Assembly (NCBI GenBank): GCA_040954595.2
Contig: CM082582.2
Coordinates: forward strand, 12,396,415 to 12,460,414
Length of the DNA: 64,000 nt
DNA from: Balanoglossus misakiensis
Taxonomy: Eukaryota > Animalia > Hemichordata
Reading direction: 5' to 3'
Part shown: in pieces, positions 35,656 through 48,900 of the stretch
Position numbering within the stretch: the first letter of the stretch is position 1
How the letters are laid out: each line of letters opens with the position of its first letter
The notes under the pieces: model-generated
What the model was told of the DNA's origin: nothing
Database searches by the model: none
What the model saw: only the letters and a program-made list of their open reading frames with translations
Made by a program: the position numbers and the translations under genes

Positions 35656-38113
35656 TGCACGTTGTCTTCCGCTGCGCAAACTGATGTCACTATCCTCTTA
35701 CGGAGATTATCTGCTCGGTGTTCGGGAGTGAATAAACTGAGCTGCTCTTTGTTGCTGCGTCTGAATCGCAATGATCAAACCAGAGTTTAAGCGTATACAC
35801 GTACGATGCACATGCGCACAGTCTGCACACAGGTCACGTGGTAAAATATATTCTCATTTGACGAGTAGGTTTGTGTTCATTAGTCTGTTTGTGTTAATAA
35901 TACCATCGCTGTGCGCGCATGTCGTTTTGGAGCGTGATCGATAACCAAATGATTCGGAAACGCTCTCTGAGGGTATATAATTGCAATATCTATCCAACTA
36001 TCGTTCATTTATGGCAAAACGACGTCCCGCTGTGCATATTTCTTTGCATCTATGTATTTACCGGCATTGATATGACCGAGCTTTCCACAAGCATCGGTAT
36101 TATGATTATGAAAAGAACCTTTTTCCATAAGTGTCAGCAGATGGTAAAATTTGAACATAATCCTGAAGGGCGTTCTCAATTTCGTTCTTTGATATTTAAA
36201 ACGCATAGACGGGTAGCATCCGAAGTGAGATCCAATATTTGTCCATGCGAAGCGATGCAGGGGTGTGTTGTTACCTAACAAAAATTCACCGCACAAATCC
36301 TCAGTATTTCGAGCAGGTCAAAATATTAATTCTGCGTTTCCAATTTTCCTGAGAGACGAGTTTCTGCAGTTCATCCATATGTCTGCAATTATTGCTGAAG
36401 GCAGCGTACGTGATCAAACCAGCAAATATGGATAGAATAAAATTGTTGGATAATAGGAAAATGTGACTGTTTGTTTAGATTGAAATGAGTTTCCTTTTCG
36501 CATGTAAAAGGATGCTGGCGGATACAAGGATGTTTTGAAACGAGCTTTTTACGTTATATCCAGAGTAATTATAGATAATTATATTGCGTTAAAGAATTCT
36601 GTTATAGTAATGAGCGTTTCCGAACTATTCAATTTTCTGAGACTCGGTTTCGTAATGACCATCTCTTTCTCCAATTATCATGCCACACGTGTGCACTGTA
36701 TATTGTTATTATCCTTTGCGCACCATTCTGATTTCTATACAAAGTGTCTTTCATCTCCTTTCGTGCCTTTTCTGTCTCCGTTCGTCTCCCATTTTCCGTG
36801 CCTTCTTTCTTTCCTTTAGTAAATGAAAGACGTTTCTGTGCACCAAACGGAAACAATCACTCAACGCCATAGACTTGAAGAACCAGCATTCCTTCTGCAT
36901 TGTTACCTATCATGGAAATTTTGAATTCAAATTAGCATGATAAAAAAACTAAAGTAACAAACGTTTCCTGTTGGCCGATCTACTCTATTCTGTATCTTCT
37001 CCAGCCCTCTATCTAGTACAAAACCTTTCTCCATATGTCTGAGTAATCGGTTTCCAATCTTCATGACACGTGTTTGATTTGAAGGAAAATGAGCGATTGC
37101 ATCAATCGAAATAGGGAATTGCGCAGTCAGTAAATAGAATCGGGCATGGATTTGATTTTCTCGACTAATTTCCGGTGTTTCTATTGTCGATGAAATTTGA
37201 CACCATCTACGTGTTGAGTTTGTGATGAGAGTTGTCGTTTGCTGACAAGATAAATGTAAAAGAATCAACAACTAGACGAGACACGTTCACTTTAATTTGT
37301 CTTCTCTTCGATATGTCGTCGGCTGATTGAAAATAACGACAGGTGAGGGTAATGGCACGATGGCCGCGACTGCTGAGAAACACGACTTATCGATTGAAAG
37401 AAAATGTATAGGTTTTTAGGTAGATGTTAGTTTTATCTCATCGTTCAGCAAGATACATGTTTTTTCCAGTCCCTGGACCCCTGTCCCACAATCCTTTGAT
37501 GACCTTATGCCATTACCAACGTAGAGAAATTGCTTAAAATAGCTTCGTTTGTAATTCTGTAAGGTTTCAACTGATCATCTGATCGCATGCCGCCGTGTAC
37601 CAAATGGAAACATGGCTCCATCTTTTATCGTCTGAGACGCCCTGTCGTCGTGTTCTAAGATCAAACTAACAAGCGCAAGTAAAGCTTGACATTTTCCTCC
37701 TTCACGATAAGACCACGCTGAATGTCAACATGCGTGTATACATTTGGTTTTCCAAGCCGACACAGAATATAAATCGCGGCTTAATGCAGTCTATAAAGTC
37801 GTGGTTTTTCCTAGACAGACTGTATCTTAGTCTAACATAGTAATCCAATTATCTCCGTGTTTCGATCCACCCACATAGACATAGTGTCTCTGATCCAAGG
37901 TGAATTGTGGTATTCTAGCTTTGAGATCGTTATTTTTCATAGAATTACCTTAAAAGCTCGGCCTATGAATATAATTCTAGGCACACGTCCCTTTAGTCAG
38001 TAAATTGTAGTTATTTTAAAAATCTGCTTAGGGCCAATAATATTTCATAATGATATGCAAAACTTTTCTGCGTATTAAGTATGCATATTATGTGGTGCTG
38101 AGCATCCACTAAG

Positions 38114-39622
38114 CTATAATATGCTGTCGGGCAGTTGAACAACAAAAGCATTCATTTGATGAGATTCACTTGGAAGCTTTTGACATTCAAGGCCACTGGA
38201 AATAAATTCTGTCTTTCCCGTCGCCATGTTGTAAACAGCGGTGTAGTCTGCACCGATCCGATAGAGTGCGCCATCAATTGACAAGTATCGACTTCCCCCA
38301 TTCGTCGTTCTGTCCAACCTGTCGTCTCGAATCACATCCACCCATGCAAGCTTTTTGAGTTTGTCATTATAACTTAATATATTAAGTGAAAGTCCCTCTC
38401 CTGTCAGTTTTTCTATGCAAGTGATTCGTTTATACTCGGGTATCAGAATGTTGATTGTGGTTCCATCACTTAATATGCAACACCACGGAGGATTGCGAAT
38501 TGCAGGTAGTCGGAACGGATTCGACCATGTATTGAGGTTGGGGTCGTAACTGGCGACGGAGACGTCATCAAACGGCGATTCAAAGAGGACAAATAGTTTG
38601 TCTTCGTGCGTTGTTATCGTATACCCGGCATATTGCAGAGAGAGTTGATCCATGGGAAAGTCGGGAAAGGGATTCATCCGTTCCCACTGATCTGATGGAA
38701 AGTCGTATCGCAGATGTACGCCTCTCCCGAAAACGAATAGATAGCCAGCCGCGGCCGCAAAGCGAAGATGCGGTAAATCTTCTTCTCGTTTGTCAACACC
38801 TAGCGGCTGCAATGTCTTCCATTCGTCAAGCTTGATGTCGTAAAGGAAAGATTTGTCACAAATAACTCGGCTTGTCGAACTAGAGACATCATTGTACACT
38901 GTCCACCCGATGCAATAAATGAAATGCCCCTGTGATGCAAACTGAAGTTTTGATTTCGGTTGACAGAGTGTTTCAGGAAGTCGTGTCAGTTCTTCCCATT
39001 TGTTTTGGTGGATATACTGAACACGTGGTCCCTTTACCGAATTCCTCCCAACTTCATTGCAGTTGTCTACACACACCGTTACAATCCCTTTCCTCGTCTT
39101 AAACGGCAGAGTAGCAGCTCGGTGCTTTTCTTCATCTGTTAAATACAGATCGAATTCCGTTGTCCCTTTAAGTCTACGATAATTGTCGCTAACATATTGG
39201 AGGACGACCTCCTTAAGTAGGTCGCAGTTGTATTTATAAGCAATTTGATTGAATGCAGTCCAGTTTTCCAATCCGATGTGCTCGCTCAGTGCTTTGATAG
39301 CTGTGTGAATTTGAAGAAAATCAGCAGCAGCGACCGTTTCTTCAACTTCTGCATCACTAAGTCCCATTTTCCCAGTTTCTATGAACCCGATCAGAATTTT
39401 CATAGCGTTGGCAGTCGGAATTGGCCCCTTCAACTCGATTTCATTCTGATCGTTCTCCTCCCACAGTCCCGAGAACATCGAACGAAAGTAATCACTGGCC
39501 GTCACGAGATGGCGCACAGAGACTTGAAACAGTTTTCCATGTACCCGTATCCGTACTGGACATTCGCCTACCGCAGTAGCTGCGCGTGCACTGGTCGTTA
39601 GTTTCATTTCTCCTTCCTTCAT
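38114..39622 (-). CDS. BTB/POZ protein with short BACK-like segment and degenerate kelch repeats (KBTBD13/KLHL42-like class), one coding exon, ~502 aa
   Basis: Uninterrupted 1.5-kb ORF, first ATG at 39622. BTB motifs VRIRVHGKLFQV..LVTASDYFRSMFSG..AAADFLQI; kelch-like YDIKLDEWKTL, RYDFPSDQWERM, SYDPNLNTW. Confidence 0.85.
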   Translation of the reverse strand: MKEGEMKLTTSARAATAVGECPVRIRVHGKLFQVSVRHLVTASDYFRSMFSGLWEENDQNEIELKGPIPTANAMKILIGFIETGKMGLSDAEVEETVAAADFLQIHTAIKALSEHIGLENWTAFNQIAYKYNCDLLKEVVLQYVSDNYRRLKGTTEFDLYLTDEEKHRAATLPFKTRKGIVTVCVDNCNEVGRNSVKGPRVQYIHQNKWEELTRLPETLCQPKSKLQFASQGHFIYCIGWTVYNDVSSSTSRVICDKSFLYDIKLDEWKTLQPLGVDKREEDLPHLRFAAAAGYLFVFGRGVHLRYDFPSDQWERMNPFPDFPMDQLSLQYAGYTITTHEDKLFVLFESPFDDVSVASYDPNLNTWSNPFRLPAIRNPPWCCILSDGTTINILIPEYKRITCIEKLTGEGLSLNILSYNDKLKKLAWVDVIRDDRLDRTTNGGSRYLSIDGALYRIGADYTAVYNMATGKTEFISSGLECQKLPSESHQMNAFVVQLPDSIL

Positions 39623-42600
39623 TCCCTTCTTCAAAAATGGTGATTAATCATTATTTTTATTTCGTGTATGCGTGCGCAGTCCCTCCACCGGGTCCCTTGA
39701 CAAACATCCCTTCTGTACTTTTGGAGGAACTAAAATGCTTCCTGAGGGGATGTGAGATATTGCACTGCCTTTATCTCGTTCGTGCAGGACGTCCTGTCCT
39801 GTAAAGACGAGTTAAATGTTTACACAATATTTTGAAATTTGAATATTTTGGTCAAAATAACTGCATGCAATGTTGTCTCGGGTTAGCATTGGAAGAAAGA
39901 GAGAGACATAGACTGAGGTTTAATATTGCATTGTAATTCCGAATTCGTTCAGAGATTAGTAGATGCCTATTCTCAAAAAAACTTTAGCTGTGCAGCTTTC
40001 CTTCAACAAAAATAATCGTCACAGTCCTGTGTATTTTTGACAGGCTGAAGTGTTTGTTCTGGTGCGAAACGAACAAAGTCAACCGTTATGCAGTACTGAG
40101 AGAAAACAGTCAGTTTGAAAGGGGCCAGAGAATCCGAATAGATCTATTCACGGCACCACATCTGTCAATTTGTTATGCAAATACACTACCCTCATTTTAC
40201 TATTGTTAATGATTTCAGCCTGGGCGACACAAAGCCCGGATTTCAATTCGGAAGCTTTGAATAGAGCGTATATGCGCGCCGGGTAGGCCTATAAGCCATT
40301 TATGACTTTTGTTCGTGAAGAGGTGTGCATAAAACAATGATAAAACATACACTGTCTAATTAAAGATATTAAAGTTTAAAATATCATTTGACGATAACAA
40401 TATTTGACACCAACCGTTGTAAACTATTGATGAAAAAACTGGGTGATTATTAATTCAAATAATATATTGGATTGTGATCCATATTATTCAGAAACGTTAA
40501 TCAAGATTCACCATATTGCTGTCTCCGTTTCGATAAAAATTTCCGACCCAATATCCGATGGAAAAAAACCTTACCTGCTATCATAAATTTTCGTTTCAGA
40601 ATGATGACCATTCGCCACAACGCAGTCTACTGAATGAACAGATGAATGATATCACTGTGTACACACAACATGTGCCGTGTAACGGTGAAAAAGGTCAGTG
40701 AATTATATTATAATAATTATTGGATATTGTGACGTCACTGGGCCTCCCCTGATAGAGGGCGTCTATGTAACGCAGCGATGCGCAGCGATATAAGCGAAAC
40801 CATAAAAAAACTTACCTTAATAACGTACACAGACGACTACTGAAACTTTGTATTTTTCAAAAGTTTATTGAGAGTGAGAATTGCATTAAGAGAGTTTGCT
40901 ATTCAGCAAATGCAAAAATTGCAAAAGTCTTAGAAATATTGTAATATATATAGCTCCTGTACAGGAGAAATAAGTTTGTGGTGATACGTTCACAACTATA
41001 TTTCGACATAAAATGTGATAGATCGTGACGAAATCTTAGCTTGGCGCTATGATTACATTGAATGTGACCAATTACAATCCCAAATACCCATCACGTGACT
41101 AAAATATTTAAATAATTCGAAAAAATTGAAGTCAACTTCAAAATTTGAGAATGAAATTATTCTATCAATGGAAAAATGTGACTATGTCACTTTCTACATC
41201 AAATAACGTAATAAAGTTAAACTTTAGTGAAAAATGGAAAATAACAACTAGTCTATAATGTGATGATAATCACGTGACACGAGTGGAAAGTATTTGAATC
41301 AAATCCAAACAGGAGGGCCGGAAGTAACAGTGCGCTGCAGGGCGGTGTTGGATCTTGTAAAGTCGGCACCTGATACATTTATGGCACCAAAACACCGAGC
41401 ACGTCATTGTGACGTCAGCAGACCGTTGAACATCACAGCGCTCTCCATCACGTGATGACGTTTAATACATCTAATTTATGCGCCTAAGTTGAAAAGTGAA
41501 AATTGACAATTATCTGTGTTTTCAACTAATCACACACAATGTGCTAATGATACATTTATGTCAAAGTGGAATAATTAATTTCTAATCTAAACTGGTTAAA
41601 AAGTGAAAACCGACCACTTCCAAATATGCCCATGTTTAACCTCGTTACGATAGTCGTTAAAAAGTTAGTAAATGTTAGAGATGTACAGCCGATGATCCGA
41701 ATAAATAAACCTTAAAATTAGTAAATTTTGCTAGGATAATTAAAAGCTAGTTATTCGATATATACTAGACTACTTATTGTGCTATTTTTGTGTTAGCTGA
41801 CTGTGGTAATAGGCGATCGATGTATGAAATCATTTCGGTATTAAAGACAGCTAATCATGAACAGAAACATTCTCTGGAGTTCCCGTTATGGGCATACATT
41901 AAGGTGACGTCACCAAGTGTAGGTACCTAATTTTAGCCTAAAATCTCTGACAAATTTACGTGAAAAAAACTGAAAATTCGTGTAGCCATCTTCTTTTATC
42001 CAGTTTTCTTATTTGAATATCAACTGCGTATTTGCATATTCATAATGAAGGGTTGTAACAAAACATCCTTGAACGGGGTGATCAGCAGTAGTCGATTTGT
42101 AGTACATGTAGCTGGGGGACTTGTTGGAACGGAAATCCTCATATATTGGACAAGATGGCGACTAAGCCTTTCAGTACAGATATCGGATTTTACACGAAAC
42201 ATGACACTCAGAATTATCCATAATGGTCAAATTTAGGCACTACACTTGAAATGTCTCATAACATGGTCTAATAAATACAGAGTTGTGTTCTTTTAGAGAG
42301 AGAGAGCTTTTCACCTATACCAAACCCACTTCTGCTGAATGACTCCGATAAAGGAATTTTTACCCAGAGCTTAATACTTGTAAGTCAAAAAGTTTTACAA
42401 GACTTCGGTAAAATTGATGTTGCGAAATTCTTAATCCAACCCTTTAACTTTCTTGTTCATCATCTATTCCGGGACATAAAACCATCTTAAGTTCGGCTTT
42501 ATTTAATTGTCCATCGCCATCAAAATCACATAATTTGAGCAACTGGTCTTTCAATTCTTCGAGTCCCGATTCGGTTACATCCTAGAGAAGAAAAAGCGAA

Positions 42601-42910
42601 ATGCTTGATCTGTAAAGTAGACCACAGTCTGAGATAATATAAGAATTTATATTTTTTTCTTTACTTTTAATGTGCAAAATGTTCATTAAGTATTATGGTG
42701 AGCACCCATTCCCAGCATGTTTTATTATGCAATACACGCGTCAGATAAAAAAGTAAAAAATACAAAAGTGAAAGTAACAAAAAATAATCGACGCATTTCA
42801 GCATGGAGTTGAAGGGTAACGAGGGTTAGTAGAAGGGCGCCCCCTTTCAACGGCGACGTTTGCTGATGATGAATTTGACAGACGTCTGATGTCAGCCATC
42901 TTGATTTCAT

Positions 42911-45900
42911 TCACTCGTCACCGGGACGGTCTCCAGTGCATAACACCATTCTCAACTCGTCCTTCTGCAGGGTGCCGTCCTTATTGACATCGCAGATTTC
43001 AAGCAAGGCTTTGACATTGTCTTCGAGGGTCTTAATGGCTAACTCCTGGAATGGGAGGGGGAAATGGGTGGTGGGATATAATTTAGACATACGTAGTAGG
43101 TTAGATAGATGAGCATTTGGGATATTACCGTGTTCAGATGGAGGTTGTCTTTTATAAGGAATTTATCGTGTTAGCTACACCAACGCAAGTTAAAGAAACA
43201 AAAAATAAACGAATCTACAACTTTGAAAGACCAAGGGCACAGACAAGCGCCGTGGGTATAGGCTGATGAGGCAAGATGAGTGCATTATGGAGACGGAAGG
43301 CTTGGGGTGACTTTGGAAAATACTGCAAGGGACACATACATGCACAAATAGGCAGCAGGAAGCAGGCGTGCTATCTTTATTTGGACTGAAGACTTTCTGA
43401 TGATTTCTCCCCAAATCAAAAGAACGCACATCTTTGTTTCATCGGTAAAGATGACCATAACGATAACGCTTCAGGTTTTTATGTTGTCCCGTTAGAATGG
43501 AAATCTTGTTGTTGTGAAGCCCATAAGGTATCTCACATTACCAGGAAAGTAACTGGTTATTTCCAATATGGCGACTGAATAAAACCAGTTAAATCTGGTT
43601 TTATGCAGCAGTTATAAAGTAGTACAGATGTAGGATGGATAAATCAATACAACATAGTCAAACACCATCAGTTTCCATATATATGATGAAATATCGATGA
43701 TGTCTCGTATCGGTTAAAACCGGTACATTGATTGCCATGGCAACGAACGATAAATAAGCTTATGTAGGCTTTATTGTCATTTTGGATATTTGAACGTTTG
43801 TGAATTTTAACTATACGGTCGGTGTCTTTGGAAAGACAGTTGTATCAGTTTAGAAGCAACATCGAATGCAGAAATGCACTTTAATACATTGAGATGCATG
43901 CTGCAAGCAAAATTACGACTACGGCGTTTCAACATTCCAGACAAAAGACATCAATGCATCATGCCGCTAACGACTTCAGCAATTTAACCAAAGATGAAAA
44001 TTCACATTTATGCAAATTTATCAGCAAGATTTTTTCCATCATTCTTTTTAGTGAAATTTTGGTGTGTATCGATTGCTAGTACGTCCAAGTGTTAAACACG
44101 TCGTCCAGAATCATTTATTCACTCAGCCAAGTACTTGTACTGAAATATAATTAATTAGAAAATCATCTATCACGTGACCACATACCTCATCTTCATGTTC
44201 CATCAGGTCTTTGAGGAATCCCGACAGTTCAGCGCCCTCTATCTTGCCATTTTTGTCCTGTGTTTGAAAGCAAGTAGGGTGTATGGTGATAAATCATGTA
44301 GCTAAACGTAGATCGGTCTTAAGCTTTACATGTCGAATACTGAGATTTTCAGTTGGAAACCGTTGCAGCTTGGGATTGCCATGAGGCTGGTGAACGTTAG
44401 ATTTGTTTCCAAAGGTCATGTGACTCAAAGGAACGACATAGTCTTGATTTGTGAACAAACTTACCTTGTCATAATGATCAAACACTCTGTTGAACTCTTT
44501 CTTCGTCAGCACGGCTTTACCCTGATTCGTAAACAATGGGATAAGACATGCGTGAGGTCACGTGCTTTGTGCTACGTCATTCACGTGTCAATAATTAGCA
44601 TATATGTGACTCGAATACAAAGGTGAAATGTGTGCGATTGGTGACTGAGAATATATGATATATATATATTTTGAGAGAAAAGAGAAGAAAATAGATAAGA
44701 AAGGAAGATAGAAGAAGAAGAAATAAATGCAGAATGTAGCAAAATATAAATGAATACAAGTTAAAATGTGGACATGTAAAGCGACGTAAAAAGACGGAGC
44801 ATGCGTACGACGAACAGAGTTAGTTAAATGCTGAGGGGAATCAATAGTGAATTAGTAAATTGTATTATTACGTATTAGGCATACTCACTGCTTTTCCAGG
44901 CTTCAGAGAACCCTGCGAGCAATTTTGAATAGGTCATTTTCAATATGAGACTATTCACCATGCATTTACTTAATTAAGTCCATACACCGAGAGAGCTTTT
45001 TGAAAACTAAAATTTTCAAAGATGTGACTCGGTGATGGAATTTAAACACCAAAATATTTACTGACTGGACTGAAATATGGATTGACCGGGACGCGGGCAG
45101 TGGTAGCCAAGAGTTAGTTGTTAAAAAGTTAAGAAGAAGTGGACAGGTCACAGAAAAAAACGATACAGAATTTCCAGTGTTCAACAGAGCTTCGACAAAA
45201 CAGAAGCAACAGTCTCCTCATTTGCATATATGTCTTACGTCATGCCGCCTCAATATGGCGCCTTCCATCAGGCAGCAAACCCATGCACAGTCATATTCCG
45301 ATGATTCGGTGCGTTTTATCACTGCATTCTCCAAGCAGGTTTTATAGAATTATAACGTGCTTTATGGAGAAGTATTCATTCTTCATAGTAAGGGTGACCA
45401 TTTGAATATAATTTACGCAAGTAAGATGTGGCGGCCATTTAAGATAAAAAGTCTCTAGTAAGGCGCAGCTTCAATGATTGTATTAAAAGGCAACATCAAG
45501 ACACACTAATGCGGAACTCTCTTTAAGCAGATGGTCTGTTTTACTTTATAACTGCATATTACACCCGACAAGTTCATTAATTCATAATTTATCTTCAATT
45601 CTAGCAAATAACCAAGTTGCCTGGCCGCGCAATTACCAGGTTAAAATTACGATTCTCAACATGTTCTGTCACCAGTCTTACTTACCTCAAAGCGCATGAG
45701 GAAATTCTCTTTGACTGGGAGGAGTCTGCAAGAAAAATAGAAAAACAAGTCAACACGCATAACGATAGTTAAAACACCTGGAAAATGCTCAAACTCGCTC
45801 AGATCTGTTTCCAAGAACAATCGTTGACCCGGCTGAGTCGAGTTCAAAATCAGAAATTGCCAAAGGTTCTTCAAATCTATAAATACACGACATCCGTCAC

Positions 45901-48900
45901 AGCTGCTATTACAATTCCAAAGCAAAGAAATCGAAGATGTCTGAGAGCAAATATCGGCACTATCGAATTTAATTTCCTGGCTCATAGGTGTGTTTCCCCT
46001 GATCGGTGTTTCAACAACAAAAAGACTCTGTCGCAAATTACCTGGCCATTTCCTTGATTTCCAACTTGCCGTCTTTGTTAGAATCGAAATGTTCCAACTA
46101 CAGGAAAGAAGCAGACAGTTGTCATTGAATATTTGTGTTAGACTTTCACCCCGGAATCATGACTTTCATATCCAATATCTCGCACCTTTTAAATTATTCA
46201 TTATCCATTAGGAATGGTTGTTATTCGAGGAAGCCTGTTTCCATAAAGCCATTTTAGATCGAAGAATAAAATAAAAACGGTGTGATTCGTACATTGGACT
46301 GGCTTCGAGAAATTGCACACTTCTGATAGGCTGGAAAATCGCGCACTGAATGAACAATATTGTCATACTGTACGGTACATTTCCTGGTTTTCAAAGCTAA
46401 ACCCGTGGCGCTGGTTGATAACGAGAGATCTGAGATCTAGCTTTCAGCACACATCAAAACTTTACAGCTTTAAAGGATCAATTGTATTTTATTGCTTGTA
46501 CTTACAATGGCTTTGGTGTATTCGCCCAATTTGTCATCTGGTACGGAGGCATTTGCTTTGGCTAGGAGGTCTGCAAGGAATGCCTGTCGAGAAAGTGATA
46601 ATGAAATTCAATTGAAAACTTGTCTGACTACATCAACTGCCCGGTGACACGGTTTGTGAGTTACCCAGTGGCAATCATATTTATGTCCCTGTCACATTCA
46701 GGAATTTGTCTGCTGGGGCTGTGCCTGCCATTGAGTGAATATTCTCTGAAGGGAAGTGTACTCAAAAGCTATTTTAATTATTTTCTGCCGATTAACAATG
46801 TCTATCGCTAGTACAGTTCGATCAAATGACCCTTTTAAATATTTAATAATGCCAGTAAAATATGACGATCGATCAAGATTCTGGAGACGATGGTGGTCAT
46901 CGTTAATGATGACAATAACGCGTTTAGGGGGATGCAAAGTAAAATAATTAGGACGTCTGCTCACGTGTTTCTCTAATTAAACGATAAGTCCCCCCCTCTC
47001 TCTCACTTTACTTACAAAAGATTGATCCTACCTTCAATTCATTGCTTTCAATGTATCCACTTCTATCCGTGTCATATTTTCTCCATGCCTGAAAAAACCC
47101 GAAAGAAAGATAAGAATGAAAACGATTGTAAAGTTACAGGTGTTACCAGTCTTGAATGAAAGTACGAGAAGTCAGAACACCGTTCGCCGACGAAAGCAAC
47201 ATTTATGTTCAGCTTATATAAGTCTATCGAAATAGGAGTCGTGAAGTCACATAAGACAGAACTTGTCTAAACAGGAATGAAATGTACTCACTTCCATAAA
47301 TTCTACACTGGATCGAAGTGGTTGGTTTTGACGGAATAACATCAAGAAGTTCTCGTCAGTTGGTAGAATATTTGACAGCTATTTCATAGAAAAAAATTGC
47401 TCTGGTGAGTTTTAAATCGCTGATACGCATCCCTCCCTCCATCAATCAACCAATCCAGGTATGCAACCATGCATACATGTCAACTACATGCATATATCAC
47501 AAATTCACTTGCAAGTCATTAATATAGAAAAACGACACATCTAAACCCTCGCATCTCTTGTCAGCTTTGACGTATTTGAATAACACACACTATTCCGTTT
47601 TCATGGATTATAAAATTGCTTGTCAATTTCGTATATTCACAAAGAACCCCAGACATAAAACTCTCCTTAGTGGCCTCAATAGTCAATGCACTTTTCCATA
47701 TCATTCGGACTCAAATTAAGCTAAAAGCTTATTAGATATAAATAATTAATTACGTCTATAATATATGTATCATTTAAATTACTCTAACCTCGGCCCTTGA
47801 TATCTTCCCGTCTTCGTTCACATCATAAGCTTCCATAAACTGCTGCTTCATATCCGCCAGCATGGTTTCCGAGATCGTCTGTGACATGTGAAAAAATATG
47901 TATCGTTTAATCTCTAAGAAGGTGCAAATTTTTAATTTTTGTATAGTGGTCGTATGCAAGTTTAATGTGTATGTTCATAATATGCTCTGCATGGATTTGT
48001 GAAAATTGGGGAAGGCATCCATGGTTAGTATTTGGAACGTGTGTTTAATCAAATATCTCTTCCGTTGCTTCTTGTGTTGTAGAAGCACAGACAAAATCGC
48101 TGATGACGACAGCAAAACATATTTAATCGATCTTTGGCATTTAAAAGTCTTCGATCGACATAAGCCCAGGCTGCAAATAGATGATTTTACCTACGGTTTC
48201 TATTGTAAGACACGAACATTAGTAACTCCGGTCCTCAAAGAAATTGCCTGAATTTTTTCTTTTGTCGTCAATTGAAAAAGATTCCAAAACTCTTTGCATT
48301 TATTCGGTGTAAATATTGGATCTAAGGAGTTGTTGTCTCGGTAAGCGTCGTGACACCAATTCGACAGATAACAGTTAAACGATTGAAGACCCTTAGAAAG
48401 TTTTTCAATGCATACTTCTTCTCAGCCTTTTCAAATAATATGAACACTATTATTTCAAAGGAAAAAAACTGCCTTCCTGATCAACGTGAAGTAAAAAAAC
48501 ATGGCCGCTTATATAATAAATGGGAAACATAAAACAATATAAAGCAAAACCAGACTTTTCAAAATGTATATGGAAATGGAGAAGACAAATGATCGGCCGC
48601 CATCTTCGCTATCTGAACCGTGACTCATGCATATGAATACTTTCGCAAATGATTGTTCCGTTGTCATGGAAACGGCAGTGTTGATCAGTTTTTTATTGAA
48701 TACATTTTTTATGTATCACGCTTTATCTGTCACAATAAATCCAAATAAAAATGAATTTCTAACAAAGCACAATAGATCAACAGATGAAGTGACTAGTTGT
48801 GCGCGTTTTTTTCCATCGATGCAACTGAGGCAGACATATATTTAAGGTTGCCGTGGATGACCGATTCTTTTGTGATGGATGTTCTTGTCGAAACCCGCTT

